Assembly: GCA_965262725.1 (NCBI GenBank)
Contig: OZ253555.1
Location: 1,152,001-1,216,000 of the forward strand
Source: Dehalococcoidia bacterium
GTDB taxonomy: Bacteria; Chloroflexota; Dehalococcoidia; UBA2979
DNA length: 64,000 nucleotides
Direction: 5' to 3'
Shown one piece after another: positions 41,882-53,078 of the stretch (the stretch's first letter is position 1; the number at the start of each line of letters is the position of its first letter). Both the position numbers and the translations under genes were made by a program. A model generated the notes under the pieces. That model made no database searches and was not told where the DNA came from. It saw only the letters and a program-made list of their open reading frames with translations.

Positions 41882-43768
41882 CTACAGCGAGCGCTTGACC
41901 GCCTCGGCGAGCCTGCGCGTGAATCCGACGGTGGCCGCGATCTCGTCGACCGAGGCGTCGCGCACGCCGCGCACGGTCCCGAAGCGGCGCAGCAGCGCCC
42001 GCTTCCGCTTCGGCCCGACGCCGAGGATCGAGTCGAGGGCGGAGCGCGTCTGCGAGCGGCCGCGCAGCGAGCGGTGATAGGTGACGGCGAAGCGGTGGGC
42101 CTCGTCGCGCACGCGCTGGACGAGGTAGAGCGCCTCCGAGTTCCGCGGGAGGCGGATCGGTTCGTCGAGGTCGGCGACGTAGATCTCCTCCTCGCGCTTG
42201 GCGAGGCCGCAGACGGGAATCGAGCCGAGCCCGAGGTCGCGCAGCAGGTCGAGCGCGGCCCCGAGTTGCCCCTTTCCACCGTCGATGATGACGAGGTCGG
42301 GGACTGCATCCCACGGTGAGCCCTCGCCGGGCGCGGTCGCGGTCGGCCGTGTAGGGCGACCCGCGCGCTCCCGGATGGCGATGGCATCGGGGGTGGCGAG
42401 GTGGCGGAAACGCCGCTCGATCACCTCGCGCATGGAGGCGAAGTCGTCTTGCCCGGCAACGGTGCGGATCCGGAAGCGCCGGTACTGCTGTGGGCGGGCG
42501 CTCCCCTCCTCGAACACGACCATGGACGCGACCGTGTTCGTGCCCTGGATCGTCGATATGTCGTAGCACTCGATGCGTTGCGGCCGGGCGGGGAGGTCGA
42601 GCTCCTCCTCGAGCAGCGAGAGCGCCTGCTCGGTCTTGTCGCGGTCGGCGAGCCAGCGCGCGTGGTGCATCGAGAGCGCCTGCCGAGCGTTCTCCTCGGT
42701 TGTCTCTACGAGGCGGCGGCGCTCACCCCGCACCGGAACCACCAGTTCGACGGCCCCGCCGCGGCGCTCGCGGAGCGCAGCCACCAGTCCCTCCTGGTCG
42801 GCTGGCTCGGTCGAGAGCAGCACCGTGCGGGGCACGTAGGTGGCGGACTCGTAGTACTGCGCGAGGAACGCTCCGAGCACCTCCGGGTCGCCCGCCTCGC
42901 TGGTGCCGTCGAGCGTGAAGGAGTCCGTGTCGGCGACCACAGTGCCCCGCGCGAAGAAGACCTGGACGCAAGCCTCGTCGCCTTCCCGGGCCAGTGCGAA
43001 GACATCCGCGTCGAGGGCGGTCGTGGTCGCCATTTGGCGTCGCTCCCCGGTCACGCGCTCGATCGACTCGATCTGGTCGCGGACGCGCGCGGCGCGCTCG
43101 AACTGGAGCCCCTCCGCTGCCTCCGCCATCTCCTCGCGGAGCCGCGCCACCACCTCGGAGGAGCGCCCCTCCAGGAAGAGCACGGTCTGGCGGATGACCT
43201 CGTGGTACTCGTCGGCGCTGCAGTAGCCGGTGCACGGCGCGACGCAGCGCTTGATGTAGTAGTCGAGGCAGGGCCGCGGATCGGAGCCGGTGATGGTCTT
43301 CGTGCACGAGCGCCACGGGAAGAGCTTCTTCACGACATCGAGCGTCCGGCGGACGGATCCGGCGGAAGCGTAGGGGCCGAAGTAGCGCGCCCCGTCATTC
43401 TCGACGCGGCGCGTGATCGTCACCCGCGGCCAGGGACTCCCGACGTCGACCTTGAGGTAGGGGTAGCGCTTGTCGTCCTTGAGCCGAACGTTGTACGGCG
43501 GCTGGTGCCGCTTGATCAGCGTGGCTTCGAGCAGCAACGCCTCGGCCTCGGAGCGAGTCACGACGTGATCGATGGTGAGCACCTGCTCGGCGAGCGTCCG
43601 CATCCTCGGTTCGAGGCTGCGCGACGACCCGAAGTAGGAGCGGACCCGCGTGCGCAGCTGCTTCGCCTTGCCGACGTAGATCACCTCGCCAGAGGCGTCA
43701 CGCATGAGGTAGACGCCCGGGCTCGTCGGGAGCGTTCGCACCTGCGAAAGGACGCCCGCGTCGGTCAT
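41882..43768 (-). CDS. uvrC: excinuclease ABC subunit C
   Basis: GIY-YIG motif PGVY..IYVGKA, RIECYDIS, IDGGKGQ, RDEAHRFA and an HhH tail. Confidence 0.96.
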   Translation of the reverse strand: MTDAGVLSQVRTLPTSPGVYLMRDASGEVIYVGKAKQLRTRVRSYFGSSRSLEPRMRTLAEQVLTIDHVVTRSEAEALLLEATLIKRHQPPYNVRLKDDKRYPYLKVDVGSPWPRVTITRRVENDGARYFGPYASAGSVRRTLDVVKKLFPWRSCTKTITGSDPRPCLDYYIKRCVAPCTGYCSADEYHEVIRQTVLFLEGRSSEVVARLREEMAEAAEGLQFERAARVRDQIESIERVTGERRQMATTTALDADVFALAREGDEACVQVFFARGTVVADTDSFTLDGTSEAGDPEVLGAFLAQYYESATYVPRTVLLSTEPADQEGLVAALRERRGGAVELVVPVRGERRRLVETTEENARQALSMHHARWLADRDKTEQALSLLEEELDLPARPQRIECYDISTIQGTNTVASMVVFEEGSARPQQYRRFRIRTVAGQDDFASMREVIERRFRHLATPDAIAIRERAGRPTRPTATAPGEGSPWDAVPDLVIIDGGKGQLGAALDLLRDLGLGSIPVCGLAKREEEIYVADLDEPIRLPRNSEALYLVQRVRDEAHRFAVTYHRSLRGRSQTRSALDSILGVGPKRKRALLRRFGTVRGVRDASVDEIAATVGFTRRLAEAVKRSL

Positions 43769-43924
43769 GGGCGGATCGTAGCGTCTTTCACCCGCGGGAG
43801 GCGCTCGGGAGCGCCGGGCCCGTGTGCCGGCCGGGATCGGCTGCATGGGGACGGCAATTCGCGGGGACGCGCCCCCCGCCTGCGGCCCCTCCCGGCGCGG
43901 GCGTTGTGCCCGGAGGTGGAGGAT

Positions 43925-43988
43925 CGGCCTCACGGCCTCACGGCCTCACGGCCTCACGGCCTCACGGCCTCACGTCCCCACGTCCCCG
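43925..43988 (+). repeat. intergenic octamer tandem repeat (CGGCCTCA)x6 + 2 degenerate copies
   Basis: Directly visible in the sequence. Confidence 0.95.
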
Positions 43989-44002
43989 CGCGTCGCGCGG
44001 CG

Positions 44003-44032
44003 TTGAACGCGCGGCGCGGCGGGGTCTACGAT
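44003..44032 (+). promoter_or_regulatory. putative sigma70 promoter of the tRNA cluster
   Basis: TTGAAC-18 nt-TACGAT, 30 nt before tRNA-Val. Confidence 0.5.
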
Positions 44033-44062
44033 GGTCGGACGCTGGGCCCGAGTCGGTCCGAT

Positions 44063-44139
44063 GGGCGGTTAGCTCAGTTGGTACGAGCGCTCGCTTCACA
44101 CGCGAGAGGTCACTGGTTCAAGTCCAGTACCGCCCACCA
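44063..44139 (+). tRNA. tRNA-Val(CAC)
   Basis: Anticodon arm CTCGC-TTCACAC-GCGAG; GGTTCAA; CCA end. Confidence 0.95.
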
Positions 44140-44177
44140 TCGAGGCTCAATCGAAGCGGGGGTGGCTGGTCGGACGT

Positions 44178-44265
44178 GCCGAAGTGGCGGAATCGGTAGA
44201 CGCGCTACGTTCAGGGCGTAGTGAGCCTTGCGCTCGTGTGAGTTCGAGTCTCACCTTCGGCACCA
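44178..44265 (+). tRNA. tRNA-Leu(CAG)
   Basis: Anticodon arm CTACG-TTCAGGG-CGTAG; long variable arm; CCA end. Confidence 0.95.
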
Positions 44266-44299
44266 TCGCCACCGCGCCTGCGAGTCGGGATAGGTACGA

Positions 44300-44375
44300 G
44301 CGCCCGTAGCTCAGTGGATAGAGCGCAGCCCTGCGGAGGCTGAGGCCGAAGGTTCGAATCCTTCCGGGCGTACCA
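44300..44375 (+). tRNA. tRNA-Arg(GCG)
   Basis: Anticodon arm CAGCC-CTGCGGA-GGCTG; D-loop GGATA; CCA end. Confidence 0.92.
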
Positions 44376-44430
44376 CCTTCACCGTCACACGCCGCCACCG
44401 CCCGCTCCGCTACGATGGCGCGGGGACGAG

Positions 44431-47139
44431 ATGGACGGAGAGGGGCGCGCGATGGGTGTCGAGGCTGGAGGTCAAGCCGACCGCTTCGATGTCCGAGGCA
44501 TGATCACTGCCGCCGGCGCCGATCTCACCGTGCATCGCATCGAGGCGATCTGCGGGGCGCTGGGCGCCTCCGTGGACCGGCTGCCGTTCACGCTGCGGAT
44601 CCTGCTCGAGAACCTGCTCCGCAACGAGGACGGTCGCTCCGTCACGAGAGAGCAGATCGAGGCGCTCGTCCGCTGGGATCCCGCCGCGACGCCGGATACC
44701 GAGATCGCGTTCCGGCCCGCACGCGTCCTTCTGCAGGACTTCACCGGTGTTCCCTGCATCGTGGATCTCGCTGCGATGCGTGATGCGATCGCAGAGATGG
44801 GCGGCGACCCGCGCCGCATTAACCCCCTGCAGCCCGTCGATCTCGTCATCGATCACTCAGTGCAGGTCGATGAGTACGGGAGCAGCGCCGCGTTCCTGCT
44901 AAACGTACGCCGAGAGTTCGAGCGCAATCGCGAGCGCTACCAGTTCCTGCGCTGGGGTCAGGGGGAGCTCGACGGTTTCCGCGTCGTGCCGCCGGGAACG
45001 GGCATCGTGCATCAGGTGAACCTGGAATACCTCGCCTCGGGCGTGGTGGCGATGAACGGCGTCGCCTACCCTGACACGCTGGTCGGCACTGACTCGCACA
45101 CGACGATGATCAATGGGCTCGGCGTGCTGGGCTGGGGCGTCGGCGGCATTGAGGCCGAGGCCGCGATGTTGGGGCAGCCGGTCTCGATGCTGATCCCGCA
45201 GGTCGTCGGGGTGCGCCTCAGCGGCCGTCTGCCGGAGGGCGCCACCGGGACCGACCTCGTGCTGCGAGTGACGGAGTTGCTCAGGGAGCGTCGCGTCGTC
45301 GGAAAGTTCGTCGAGTACTTCGGCGAGGGGCTCGCCGAGCTTCCGCTCGCGGCCCGCGCGACCGTCGCCAACATGTGTCCCGAGTACGGCGCGACGGTGG
45401 GCTTTTTCCCTGTCGATGCCGAGACCCTCTCCTACCTGCGCTTTACTGGGCGCACCGACGCGGAGGTGGAACTGGTCGAGAGCTACTGTCGCGCGCAGCG
45501 GCTCTTCCGCACGCCGGAGACGCCGGATCCCGAGTACTCCGAGGTGTTGGAGGTCGATCTCGGGAGCATCGAGCCGAGTCTCGCCGGTCCGAAGCGGCCA
45601 CAGGACCGGATCCCGCTCGCGTCGGCCGCCGACTCCTCGCGAGCGACGATCGCAGAGGAGGTGGCCGCCGGCGCTGGGTCGGGACCCGTGCCTGTCGGGG
45701 ATGGCCCGGAGGCGTACGAGCTCTCGAGCGGCTCGGTGGTGATCGCGGCGATCACGAGCTGCACCAACACGTCCAACCCCGAGGTGATGGTCGGAGCGGG
45801 GTTGCTCGCGAAGAACGCGGTCGAACGTGGGCTCTCCACGCCGCCGTGGGTGAAGACGAGTCTCGCACCCGGCTCGAAGGTGGTCACGGACTACCTGCGC
45901 GACGCGGGGCTGATGGAACCCCTCGAGCAGCTCGGCTTCAACTTGGTGGGCTACGGCTGCACGACCTGCATCGGGAACTCCGGGCCGCTGCTCCCTCCGG
46001 TGGCCGACGCCATCGATGACGGGAAGCTCGCCGTCGCGGCGGTGCTCTCCGGCAACCGGAACTTCGAGGCGCGCGTCCACAACCGCGTGCGCTCCAACTA
46101 CCTCGCCTCGCCTCCGCTTGTCGTCGCCTATGCGCTCGCTGGTCACATGAACGTCGATCTAACGCGCGACCCGCTCGGGACCGACAGGGCGGGCCGTTCG
46201 GTCTACCTCCGCGATATCTGGCCCCGGGCGCAGGATGTGCAGGAGACGCTGAATCGCTCCGTGCGCGCCGAGATGTTCCGCAGCGAGTACGCGGATGTCT
46301 TCTCCGGCGATGAGGAGTGGCGCGATTTGCCGGTCCCCACCGGCGAGCGCTTCGCCTGGGACGGGTGGTCGACCTATGTCCGACGCCCACCCTTCTTCGA
46401 CGGGATGGCGCGCGAGCCGACGGCGCCCGGTGACATCGTCGGAGGGCGGGTTCTAGCGCTGCTCGGCGACTCAGTGACCACGGACCACATCTCGCCCGCC
46501 GGCGCGATCGCCGACGGCTCGCCCGCGGGGCGTTACCTGCAGGAGCACGAGGTGCCGGTGCGCGAGTTCAACAGCTACGGCGCGCGCCGGGGGAACCACG
46601 AGGTGATGATGCGGGGCACGTTCGCCAACGTGCGCCTGCGCAACGCCCTCGTCGAGCGCGAGGGCGGGTGGACGCGTCACTTCCCCTCCGGCGAGGAGAT
46701 GCTGATCTTCGATGCAGCGCAGCGCTACCAGACGGAGCGCGTGGCGCTTCTTATCGTCGCCGGTCGTGAGTACGGATCGGGGAGCTCACGCGACTGGGCT
46801 GCGAAGGGTCCGGCGCTGCTCGGCGTGCGCGCGGTGATCGCGCAGAGCTACGAACGCATCCACCGCTCGAATCTCATCGGCATGGGCATCCTGCCGCTCG
46901 AGTTTCTGCCTGGCGAGTCGCTGGCGACGCACGGCCTCAGCGGCACCGAGCGCATCGACGTACGCGGCATTGAGGGCGGCGTTACGCCCGGACAGTCGGT
47001 GACGGTGTATGGCCACACCGAGGCCGGACGGGAGGTGAGCTTCCCGGTGCGCTGCCGCGTCGACACGCCTGTGGAGGCGGAGTACTACCGCCACGGCGGG
47101 ATCCTCCAGTATGTGCTACGGGGTCTGCTCGCGTCATAG
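44431..47139 (+). CDS. acnA: aconitate hydratase A
   Basis: [33 protein letters not shown] and [12 protein letters not shown]. Confidence 0.97.
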   Translation: MDGEGRAMGVEAGGQADRFDVRGMITAAGADLTVHRIEAICGALGASVDRLPFTLRILLENLLRNEDGRSVTREQIEALVRWDPAATPDTEIAFRPARVLLQDFTGVPCIVDLAAMRDAIAEMGGDPRRINPLQPVDLVIDHSVQVDEYGSSAAFLLNVRREFERNRERYQFLRWGQGELDGFRVVPPGTGIVHQVNLEYLASGVVAMNGVAYPDTLVGTDSHTTMINGLGVLGWGVGGIEAEAAMLGQPVSMLIPQVVGVRLSGRLPEGATGTDLVLRVTELLRERRVVGKFVEYFGEGLAELPLAARATVANMCPEYGATVGFFPVDAETLSYLRFTGRTDAEVELVESYCRAQRLFRTPETPDPEYSEVLEVDLGSIEPSLAGPKRPQDRIPLASAADSSRATIAEEVAAGAGSGPVPVGDGPEAYELSSGSVVIAAITSCTNTSNPEVMVGAGLLAKNAVERGLSTPPWVKTSLAPGSKVVTDYLRDAGLMEPLEQLGFNLVGYGCTTCIGNSGPLLPPVADAIDDGKLAVAAVLSGNRNFEARVHNRVRSNYLASPPLVVAYALAGHMNVDLTRDPLGTDRAGRSVYLRDIWPRAQDVQETLNRSVRAEMFRSEYADVFSGDEEWRDLPVPTGERFAWDGWSTYVRRPPFFDGMAREPTAPGDIVGGRVLALLGDSVTTDHISPAGAIADGSPAGRYLQEHEVPVREFNSYGARRGNHEVMMRGTFANVRLRNALVEREGGWTRHFPSGEEMLIFDAAQRYQTERVALLIVAGREYGSGSSRDWAAKGPALLGVRAVIAQSYERIHRSNLIGMGILPLEFLPGESLATHGLSGTERIDVRGIEGGVTPGQSVTVYGHTEAGREVSFPVRCRVDTPVEAEYYRHGGILQYVLRGLLAS

Positions 47140-47267
47140 GGGGCGCTCGGCGAAGCGCGGCGAGGTATCCCCGGGCGGGGTGTCGCTCCCGACGCGGTCA
47201 TGCTCGTCAGCTGCTCCCGGCAGGCCGCGCCTGGGGGAGAGCGCTCCCGCCGAGGCGAGAGGCCCAG

Positions 47268-48707
47268 CTACGGTCGGTCCCGCCCGTGTCCGGCTGACGA
47301 CGCGGGCGGCCGGCGGTGCCGAGCTGGGGGTTCAGGGCGCTTCGCGAGGATGAAGAAGATCGATCCCAGCCCCCCCGCCAGCGCGAGCACGGTGAAGCCC
47401 ACCTCGTAGTTCCCGGTGCGGTCGGCGAGGAAGCCGGCGAGGAGGGGACCGCCCATCATTCCTGTCATCACGATGATCGAGGAGAAGCCCATGATGGTGC
47501 CGTAGGAACTGCGACCGAAGTAGTCGGCGCGGATCGCCATCATCAGGGGGCCGCGCGTTCCCCACGCCAATCCGTGCAAGACCGTGAACGCGACGACCAT
47601 CCAGAGCGAGTCGGCGAAGGCGAGCAGCAGCAGCCCCACCATGTGCATCACCATGCACGTCACGATGATGACGCGCTTCTCGAAGCGGTCGCCGAGGGAG
47701 GCGCCGCCGAGCTGTCCGGCCATCTGCATCGCGGTGAGGAGAGAGACAAAAAGCGCGGCCTCGCCGAGCGAGTAGTGGAGCCTTTCCGTGAGTTGCAGCA
47801 CGAGGTGCACCATCACGGCCGAGACCACGAGCAGCGCCGAGCCGTGCCCGAGGGAGACCATCCAGAAGGCGCGCGTGTGCATCGCCTCGCGCGCGGTGAA
47901 GTCGGAGTCCCCGCCCGGGAGCGCGGCCGCAGCGTTCGCGCCGACGCTGTCGTGCATCTCCTCGCGCGGGCGGCCGTCGACTGTATGGCCGTAGGGCTCC
48001 GGCCGATGACGGATGACGAACGAGAGCGGTATGCCGGCGGCGATGATCAGCACGCCCGAACCGAAGGCCGTCCAGCGCCAGCCCCACGTCTCCATCGCGA
48101 GCACGGTGAGAGGAACGAGCAGGCCGCCGATCGCGAATCCGACCTGTGACATGCCCAGCGCGGTGGCGCGTCGGCGCTCGAACCAGTTCACGATCGCAAC
48201 CGTGATCGCGAGCGGCCCCCCGAGGGAGGAACCGATCGCGATCAGGAAGAATGTCGCGTAGAAGGTCGCCGGCGAGTTGAGTTGGCTGAACAGCATGAAG
48301 CCCACGCCGAAGAGGACAAGGCCCACGCGCATGATCGCGGGCGGCCCGAACCGATCGAGCATCCAGCCCTGCAGCGGTCCGAGCACGCCGCTCTCGGCGC
48401 GCGCGAGGGCGAAGGCGCCGGAGACTAGCGCGCGGCTCCACCCGAATTCCTCGCGCAGCACCGCGGCATACGCCCCGAAGGCCTGCATCAGGAGGCCGGC
48501 GAACATGATCTGGATGCCGGCGCCCGCCGCGACGATCCACCAGCCGTAGAAGGGGCGCCGGAGCCTGAGCGGACCGCCGCGACGCCCGCGGTCGCCCTCC
48601 GCCGAGCGTGACCGCACGGGCGAACCCGGCGCGCCGTCGGTGGGGGCGGTCGGTCTCACCGTCACGCCGCCCGGGGAGGGCGTCGCGGAGGGCGGCGTTC
48701 GTGCCAC
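47268..48707 (-). CDS. MFS transporter
   Basis: FYGWWIV, G.MLDRFG, WFERRRATALG and ADYFG; about 12 TM segments. Confidence 0.9.
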   Translation of the reverse strand: MARTPPSATPSPGGVTVRPTAPTDGAPGSPVRSRSAEGDRGRRGGPLRLRRPFYGWWIVAAGAGIQIMFAGLLMQAFGAYAAVLREEFGWSRALVSGAFALARAESGVLGPLQGWMLDRFGPPAIMRVGLVLFGVGFMLFSQLNSPATFYATFFLIAIGSSLGGPLAITVAIVNWFERRRATALGMSQVGFAIGGLLVPLTVLAMETWGWRWTAFGSGVLIIAAGIPLSFVIRHRPEPYGHTVDGRPREEMHDSVGANAAAALPGGDSDFTAREAMHTRAFWMVSLGHGSALLVVSAVMVHLVLQLTERLHYSLGEAALFVSLLTAMQMAGQLGGASLGDRFEKRVIIVTCMVMHMVGLLLLAFADSLWMVVAFTVLHGLAWGTRGPLMMAIRADYFGRSSYGTIMGFSSIIVMTGMMGGPLLAGFLADRTGNYEVGFTVLALAGGLGSIFFILAKRPEPPARHRRPPASSAGHGRDRP

Positions 48708-48711
48708 AGCC

Positions 48712-51342
48712 CTACTCCCGGCTCCGAGCGAAGTCGCGGCATCGGATCGCGCGCTCGAGATCGTCGTTCGCCTCGCGCAGGAGCCGCGAGAGGAGCGGCT
48801 CCCCTTCGACCGTGGTGAGAACGGAGCGCGAGAGCTCCAGCAGTTCGGGTTCGACGCGGTCGTCGGGGAAGAGCTGCCCGAAGAAGGCCTGCGTGAACTC
48901 GTGGTCGCGCTCGCGGGCGACCCGGGGGAGCAGGTCGAAGAAGCGCTCCACGTACGGGGCGAGCAAGTCGCGCTGCGCCGGCCAGTGGAAACCGCTCATC
49001 GCCGCGACCGTGAGATGAAGGGACCCGTAGCCTTCTCCGAGGAAACGCTCCCACGCAGCGGCCTTGACGGCGGGATGAGGAACAGACGTCTCGATGCGGA
49101 GCGCCGCCCGCTGGCCGCGGTCGGAGGGATCGCGTTCGCGTTGCGCGTCGGCGCGCGCTTCGGCGCCGGCGAGACCGTGGGCGGCGTAGCGCGCCGCGAT
49201 CTCCCAGCGCATCTGCTGATCGACCTCGAGCCCCGGAATCCTCGTGGCGCCGTCGGCGAGCTGGGCCGTGCGCTCAATGTCGCCGGGCGTGAGGGCGACC
49301 TGGATCAGCGTGCGCGTCCAGAGGATCTGCAGGTCGCCCGCGGGCAGCGCGGGGAGCAAGTCCCACGCCTGCTCGAAGAACGAGTGGGCGGCGGCCGGCT
49401 GGCGGTCCTGGGGCACGTAGCGCATGAGCGCGCCCTGCGCCGTGGCGAGCAGAGTCTCGACCAGCTCGACATCGCGCTCCACGGCGAGGTGGCGCGAGAG
49501 GGCCTCAAGGTAGTCCAGCGACGAGAGCTGCTGGTCGCGCACCATGTCCCAGAGCGCACGCCAGCAGAGTTGCCGTGCGAGCGGATCGGCGACATCGGGG
49601 AGCCGCTCCCTGGCGAAGGCGAGCGACCTCTCGTCGAGCGCGAGCTTGGCGTAGGCGTGGTCGCCGTGGTTGGGGAGCACGAAGAGGGGCACAGGTCGGC
49701 CGGCGGCGGCGGGAACGTCGGCCGCGGAGCCGTCGATGGAGGCGGGCAGCTCCTCGACGACTGCGTCGCCCGGGTGCTCCCCCTCGCGCCAGAGCCCGAG
49801 CGTGACGTGGTGCGGCCGAAGCGTGGGATGCTCGCCGGGCGCGCTCTGGGAGAGCCACAGCCGGCCGATGACCCCGCCGTCGGCCTCCCAGCCCGCGGCG
49901 ATCGTGTTAACGGACGGCGTCTCCAGCCAGAGCGCCGCCCAGGCGTGCAGGTCGCGCTCGCCGCCCGCCTCCCGGATCCCGGCCTCGAGGGCGTCGAGGA
50001 ACTCGCGCAGCGTGGTGTTGCCGAAGGCGTGCCGACGGAAGTAGAGGCGCATCCCGGCGCGGAAGCCCTCGATGCCCATTGCGGCGACGAGCTGCTTGAT
50101 GACGGCCGCGCCCTTGCCGTAGGTGATGCCGTCGAAGTTGAGGAAGGTCTCCTCGGTGCTCGCCACCTCGCCGGCGATCGGATGCGTGGTCGGCAGCTGA
50201 TCCTGCCGGTAGGCCCACGCCTTCATCCCGGAATTGAATGATTGCCACGCCGTCGTGAAGCGGGTGGCCGTGGTCAGCGCGAGGTAGGCCATGTAGGTGG
50301 CGAAGCTCTCGTTGAGCCACAGGTCGTTCCACCATCTCATTGTCACGAGGTTCCCGAACCACATGTGGGCCATCTCGTGGAGGATCACCTCGGCACGGGT
50401 GAGGCGCTGGTTCTCGGTGGGCGGGTCGCGGAAGATCAGCCGCTCCGAGTGTGTGACCGCGGCGACGTTCTCCATCGCTCCGGCGTTGAATTCCGGGACG
50501 AAGACCTGGTCGTATTTCCCGAATGGGTAGAGGTAGTCGAAGAACTCGACGAAGAAGTCGAGACCCTGGCGAGTGATCTCGAGGACCTCCTCCTCGTCGA
50601 GATGGCGCACGAGCGAGCGCCGGCAGTAGAGCGCCAGCGGGATGCCCGCGTGCTCGGAGCGGATCGCGTGGTAGGGGCCGGCGATGAGCGCGAAGAGGTA
50701 GGGTGCGATCGGCGGCGTCGGCTCGAAGCGCACGAACTGGCGCTCGTCGGCGATGTCGTCGCGGTGTTCCGCCGCCCCGTTCGCGATCAGCGCCCACGCC
50801 GCTGGAGCCGCGACCGAGAGCGAGAGTCGCGCCTTCAGGTCAGGCTGGTCGAAGCACGGTAGCAGGCGGTGCGCGGCGTAGGGCTCGAAGTTGGTGTAGA
50901 GGTACTCCTCGCCGTCCTCGGGGTCGATGAACTGGTGGAATCCGTCGCCAGTGTGGTCGTAGTCGCTCTCGTAGCGCGCCCGCACGACGTGCCCGCCGCT
51001 CGCCGTGAGCGCCGCGGCCGGCAGGGCGAGGCGGTAGCCGGTCCACGACGGGACGACGATGGCTCCGTCGATCTCCAGAGACTCGATCGCTCCGCCCCGG
51101 AAGTCGAGGAAGGTGTCGCCCTCGCCAGCGAGCCGGAAGCGAATCGTGACGTCGCCGCGGTAGCGCTCGGCACCGCCGGTGAGATCGAGCGCAAGTTCGT
51201 AGGAGACGTCGGAGAGGCGCGCGGCGCGTACCTGGGCCTCGATCTGCGTGAGCTCGTCGCGAGCGCTGCCGGCCGCCGCGACACTCTGCACGGCCGTCTC
51301 GGGTGGACCACTCGGCCGGGCAGACGGTGGCGGACTCGGCAC
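48712..51342 (-). CDS. pepN: aminopeptidase N (M1 family)
   Basis: GAMEN, HEMAHMWFGN...WLNESFA and ITYGKG. Start is uncertain. Confidence 0.93.
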   Translation of the reverse strand: MPSPPPSARPSGPPETAVQSVAAAGSARDELTQIEAQVRAARLSDVSYELALDLTGGAERYRGDVTIRFRLAGEGDTFLDFRGGAIESLEIDGAIVVPSWTGYRLALPAAALTASGGHVVRARYESDYDHTGDGFHQFIDPEDGEEYLYTNFEPYAAHRLLPCFDQPDLKARLSLSVAAPAAWALIANGAAEHRDDIADERQFVRFEPTPPIAPYLFALIAGPYHAIRSEHAGIPLALYCRRSLVRHLDEEEVLEITRQGLDFFVEFFDYLYPFGKYDQVFVPEFNAGAMENVAAVTHSERLIFRDPPTENQRLTRAEVILHEMAHMWFGNLVTMRWWNDLWLNESFATYMAYLALTTATRFTTAWQSFNSGMKAWAYRQDQLPTTHPIAGEVASTEETFLNFDGITYGKGAAVIKQLVAAMGIEGFRAGMRLYFRRHAFGNTTLREFLDALEAGIREAGGERDLHAWAALWLETPSVNTIAAGWEADGGVIGRLWLSQSAPGEHPTLRPHHVTLGLWREGEHPGDAVVEELPASIDGSAADVPAAAGRPVPLFVLPNHGDHAYAKLALDERSLAFARERLPDVADPLARQLCWRALWDMVRDQQLSSLDYLEALSRHLAVERDVELVETLLATAQGALMRYVPQDRQPAAAHSFFEQAWDLLPALPAGDLQILWTRTLIQVALTPGDIERTAQLADGATRIPGLEVDQQMRWEIAARYAAHGLAGAEARADAQRERDPSDRGQRAALRIETSVPHPAVKAAAWERFLGEGYGSLHLTVAAMSGFHWPAQRDLLAPYVERFFDLLPRVARERDHEFTQAFFGQLFPDDRVEPELLELSRSVLTTVEGEPLLSRLLREANDDLERAIRCRDFARSRE

Positions 51343-51489
51343 GCGATGGCCTCTCGTCGGGGCTCGGCGAGCATCGATGATAGCGAACGACGTTTCCAGT
51401 GGCAGTGTGGCCGGTCCTCGGGACCCGTACTCGTCACGCACGCGTTCGGTGTTAGGCTTCGGCGTCCGGTCGAGGGGGAGGAGGGGGCG

Positions 51490-51933
51490 ATGGTGGGCGC
51501 AGATGAACTGCGGCAGGCGATCCGGGGGGCGCTGCCCCCTCTGCGAGTCGCGATCGAGGGGGCCGGTGCGGATTGGGAGCGCGCCCCGGCGCCGAGCGAC
51601 GGATCGCGCGAGTCCGGCGAGGAGGACTGGTCGGCGCGCCAGGCCGCCGAACACGTGATCGGCGCCGAATACGCCTTCGCGCGAGCGATCGACGGCGCGC
51701 TTGGGCGAGAGTCGCTCGAGCGCCCCGAGATCGAGCTCCCCTCGGCCGCCGAGGCCCTCGCGGCGCTGGAGGCTTCATCCGCAGCTCTCGACGCGGCTGT
51801 GGCGACGCTCTCGGACGAGCAGCTCAAGGTCGAGACGCGCTTCGGACGCACCGTGGAGTGGGTGGCCGAGCTTGCTGCGAGCCACCGCTCGGAGCACGCT
51901 GCGCAGATCGAGGCGCTGGGCACCGGTGGCTAG
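51490..51933 (+). CDS. DinB-family protein
   Basis: WSARQAAEHV...HRSEHAAQI His triad; strong RBS. Confidence 0.8.
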   Translation: MVGADELRQAIRGALPPLRVAIEGAGADWERAPAPSDGSRESGEEDWSARQAAEHVIGAEYAFARAIDGALGRESLERPEIELPSAAEALAALEASSAALDAAVATLSDEQLKVETRFGRTVEWVAELAASHRSEHAAQIEALGTGG

Positions 51934-52703
51934 GGTTCGCCCGGCGGTGGGCCGGCCGCGGTGCCGCCGGACGACGCCGTCCGTCGGCGCGGGACGACCC
52001 AGAGGCGCACGGTCGCGACGGACGCGAGCGTAGCTGCGAGCCCCCACCACGTGAGGGCGTACTCGAGGTGCGGGATCGTGTTGCGGTACGGCACGTAGCC
52101 CGTCTGCGGCAGCTCGCTTGGGCTCGGCGGCATGAGGGCGTCCGTGTCGAGCGGCGCATCGCCTTCGATCAGGCCCCAGGCGACCACCGGGTACGGGAGC
52201 GTCCCTGCCATCGAGGCGGGATGAAAGGATGTCCACCCCGCGTTCGCCACGAGCCGCGCTCCGCCCTCCTCGAGGTACCGGGCCATCCCCAGAGCCTCCC
52301 CGGCGGGCTCCGCGGCGAGGCGCATCCGCACCTCGCCACGGAGTTCCAGCGGGTACCACCCCCGGTCGACGAGCACGGCGGGCCCGCCGCCGGAGGGACG
52401 GAGCGGCACGATTACCTCCTCGCCCCGCGTGCCGAAGCGCACGCGGTTTGTGACGATGAGCGAGCGATCGAGGTCCCAGCTCCCAGTGATGCGCACCAGT
52501 CGGAAGTCGAGATCTCGGCCCGGCGGCGCCGCGTCGGCGCGCTGCAGCGCGATCGGCGCCGCCTCCGTCCGATCGCCGAGGCGATCGCCGAGGCGCTGCT
52601 TCTCCTGGTGGCGAGCAAACTGCCACGTGCCGAGCGCGATCAGCACGGCGAGGGAGGCGAGCAGCAGGATGAGCAGTGCCGGCGTACGGAGGCGCATCGT
52701 CAC
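51930..52703 (-). CDS. SURF1-family protein
   Basis: LGTWQFAR, VLVDRGW and HLEYALTWW. Confidence 0.9.
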   Translation of the reverse strand: MTMRLRTPALLILLLASLAVLIALGTWQFARHQEKQRLGDRLGDRTEAAPIALQRADAAPPGRDLDFRLVRITGSWDLDRSLIVTNRVRFGTRGEEVIVPLRPSGGGPAVLVDRGWYPLELRGEVRMRLAAEPAGEALGMARYLEEGGARLVANAGWTSFHPASMAGTLPYPVVAWGLIEGDAPLDTDALMPPSPSELPQTGYVPYRNTIPHLEYALTWWGLAATLASVATVRLWVVPRRRTASSGGTAAGPPPGEP

Positions 52704-53078
52704 GTGGACCTCTCGGCGTTGCCGCCGGGCCGCGTGCCCGAGCGGCCGGGGCGCTGCCCCAGTGTCGGAGTCTGCTCGACCGCGGGCAACGCGACTTCGC
52801 TTGCCGGCGCGGGGTTCGTTCGTTGCCGATCGCGCGCGGCGGCGCTGGCGGCCCTGCGGGACGAGCGATCCCGTCGATCCGGTGGTGATCGCGGGCGGGC
52901 GCGCTCACCCGATTCGATGCTGGACAGGTCACCGCGCGCTCGCTACAGTCCCCCGATAGGCGGCTCGCGGGAGGTGTCTCCCGTGAGCCGCGTGGTGATG
53001 TGGGGCTCATCGGCACGACGAGCGAGGCGCTCCGACCGCCAATGCACGGACCCCGGGGTCAGGCGAGGGGTGTGACAC

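Noticed and set aside
43925-43988. Possible CRISPR array
   Set aside because: These are contiguous 8-mers with no spacers.
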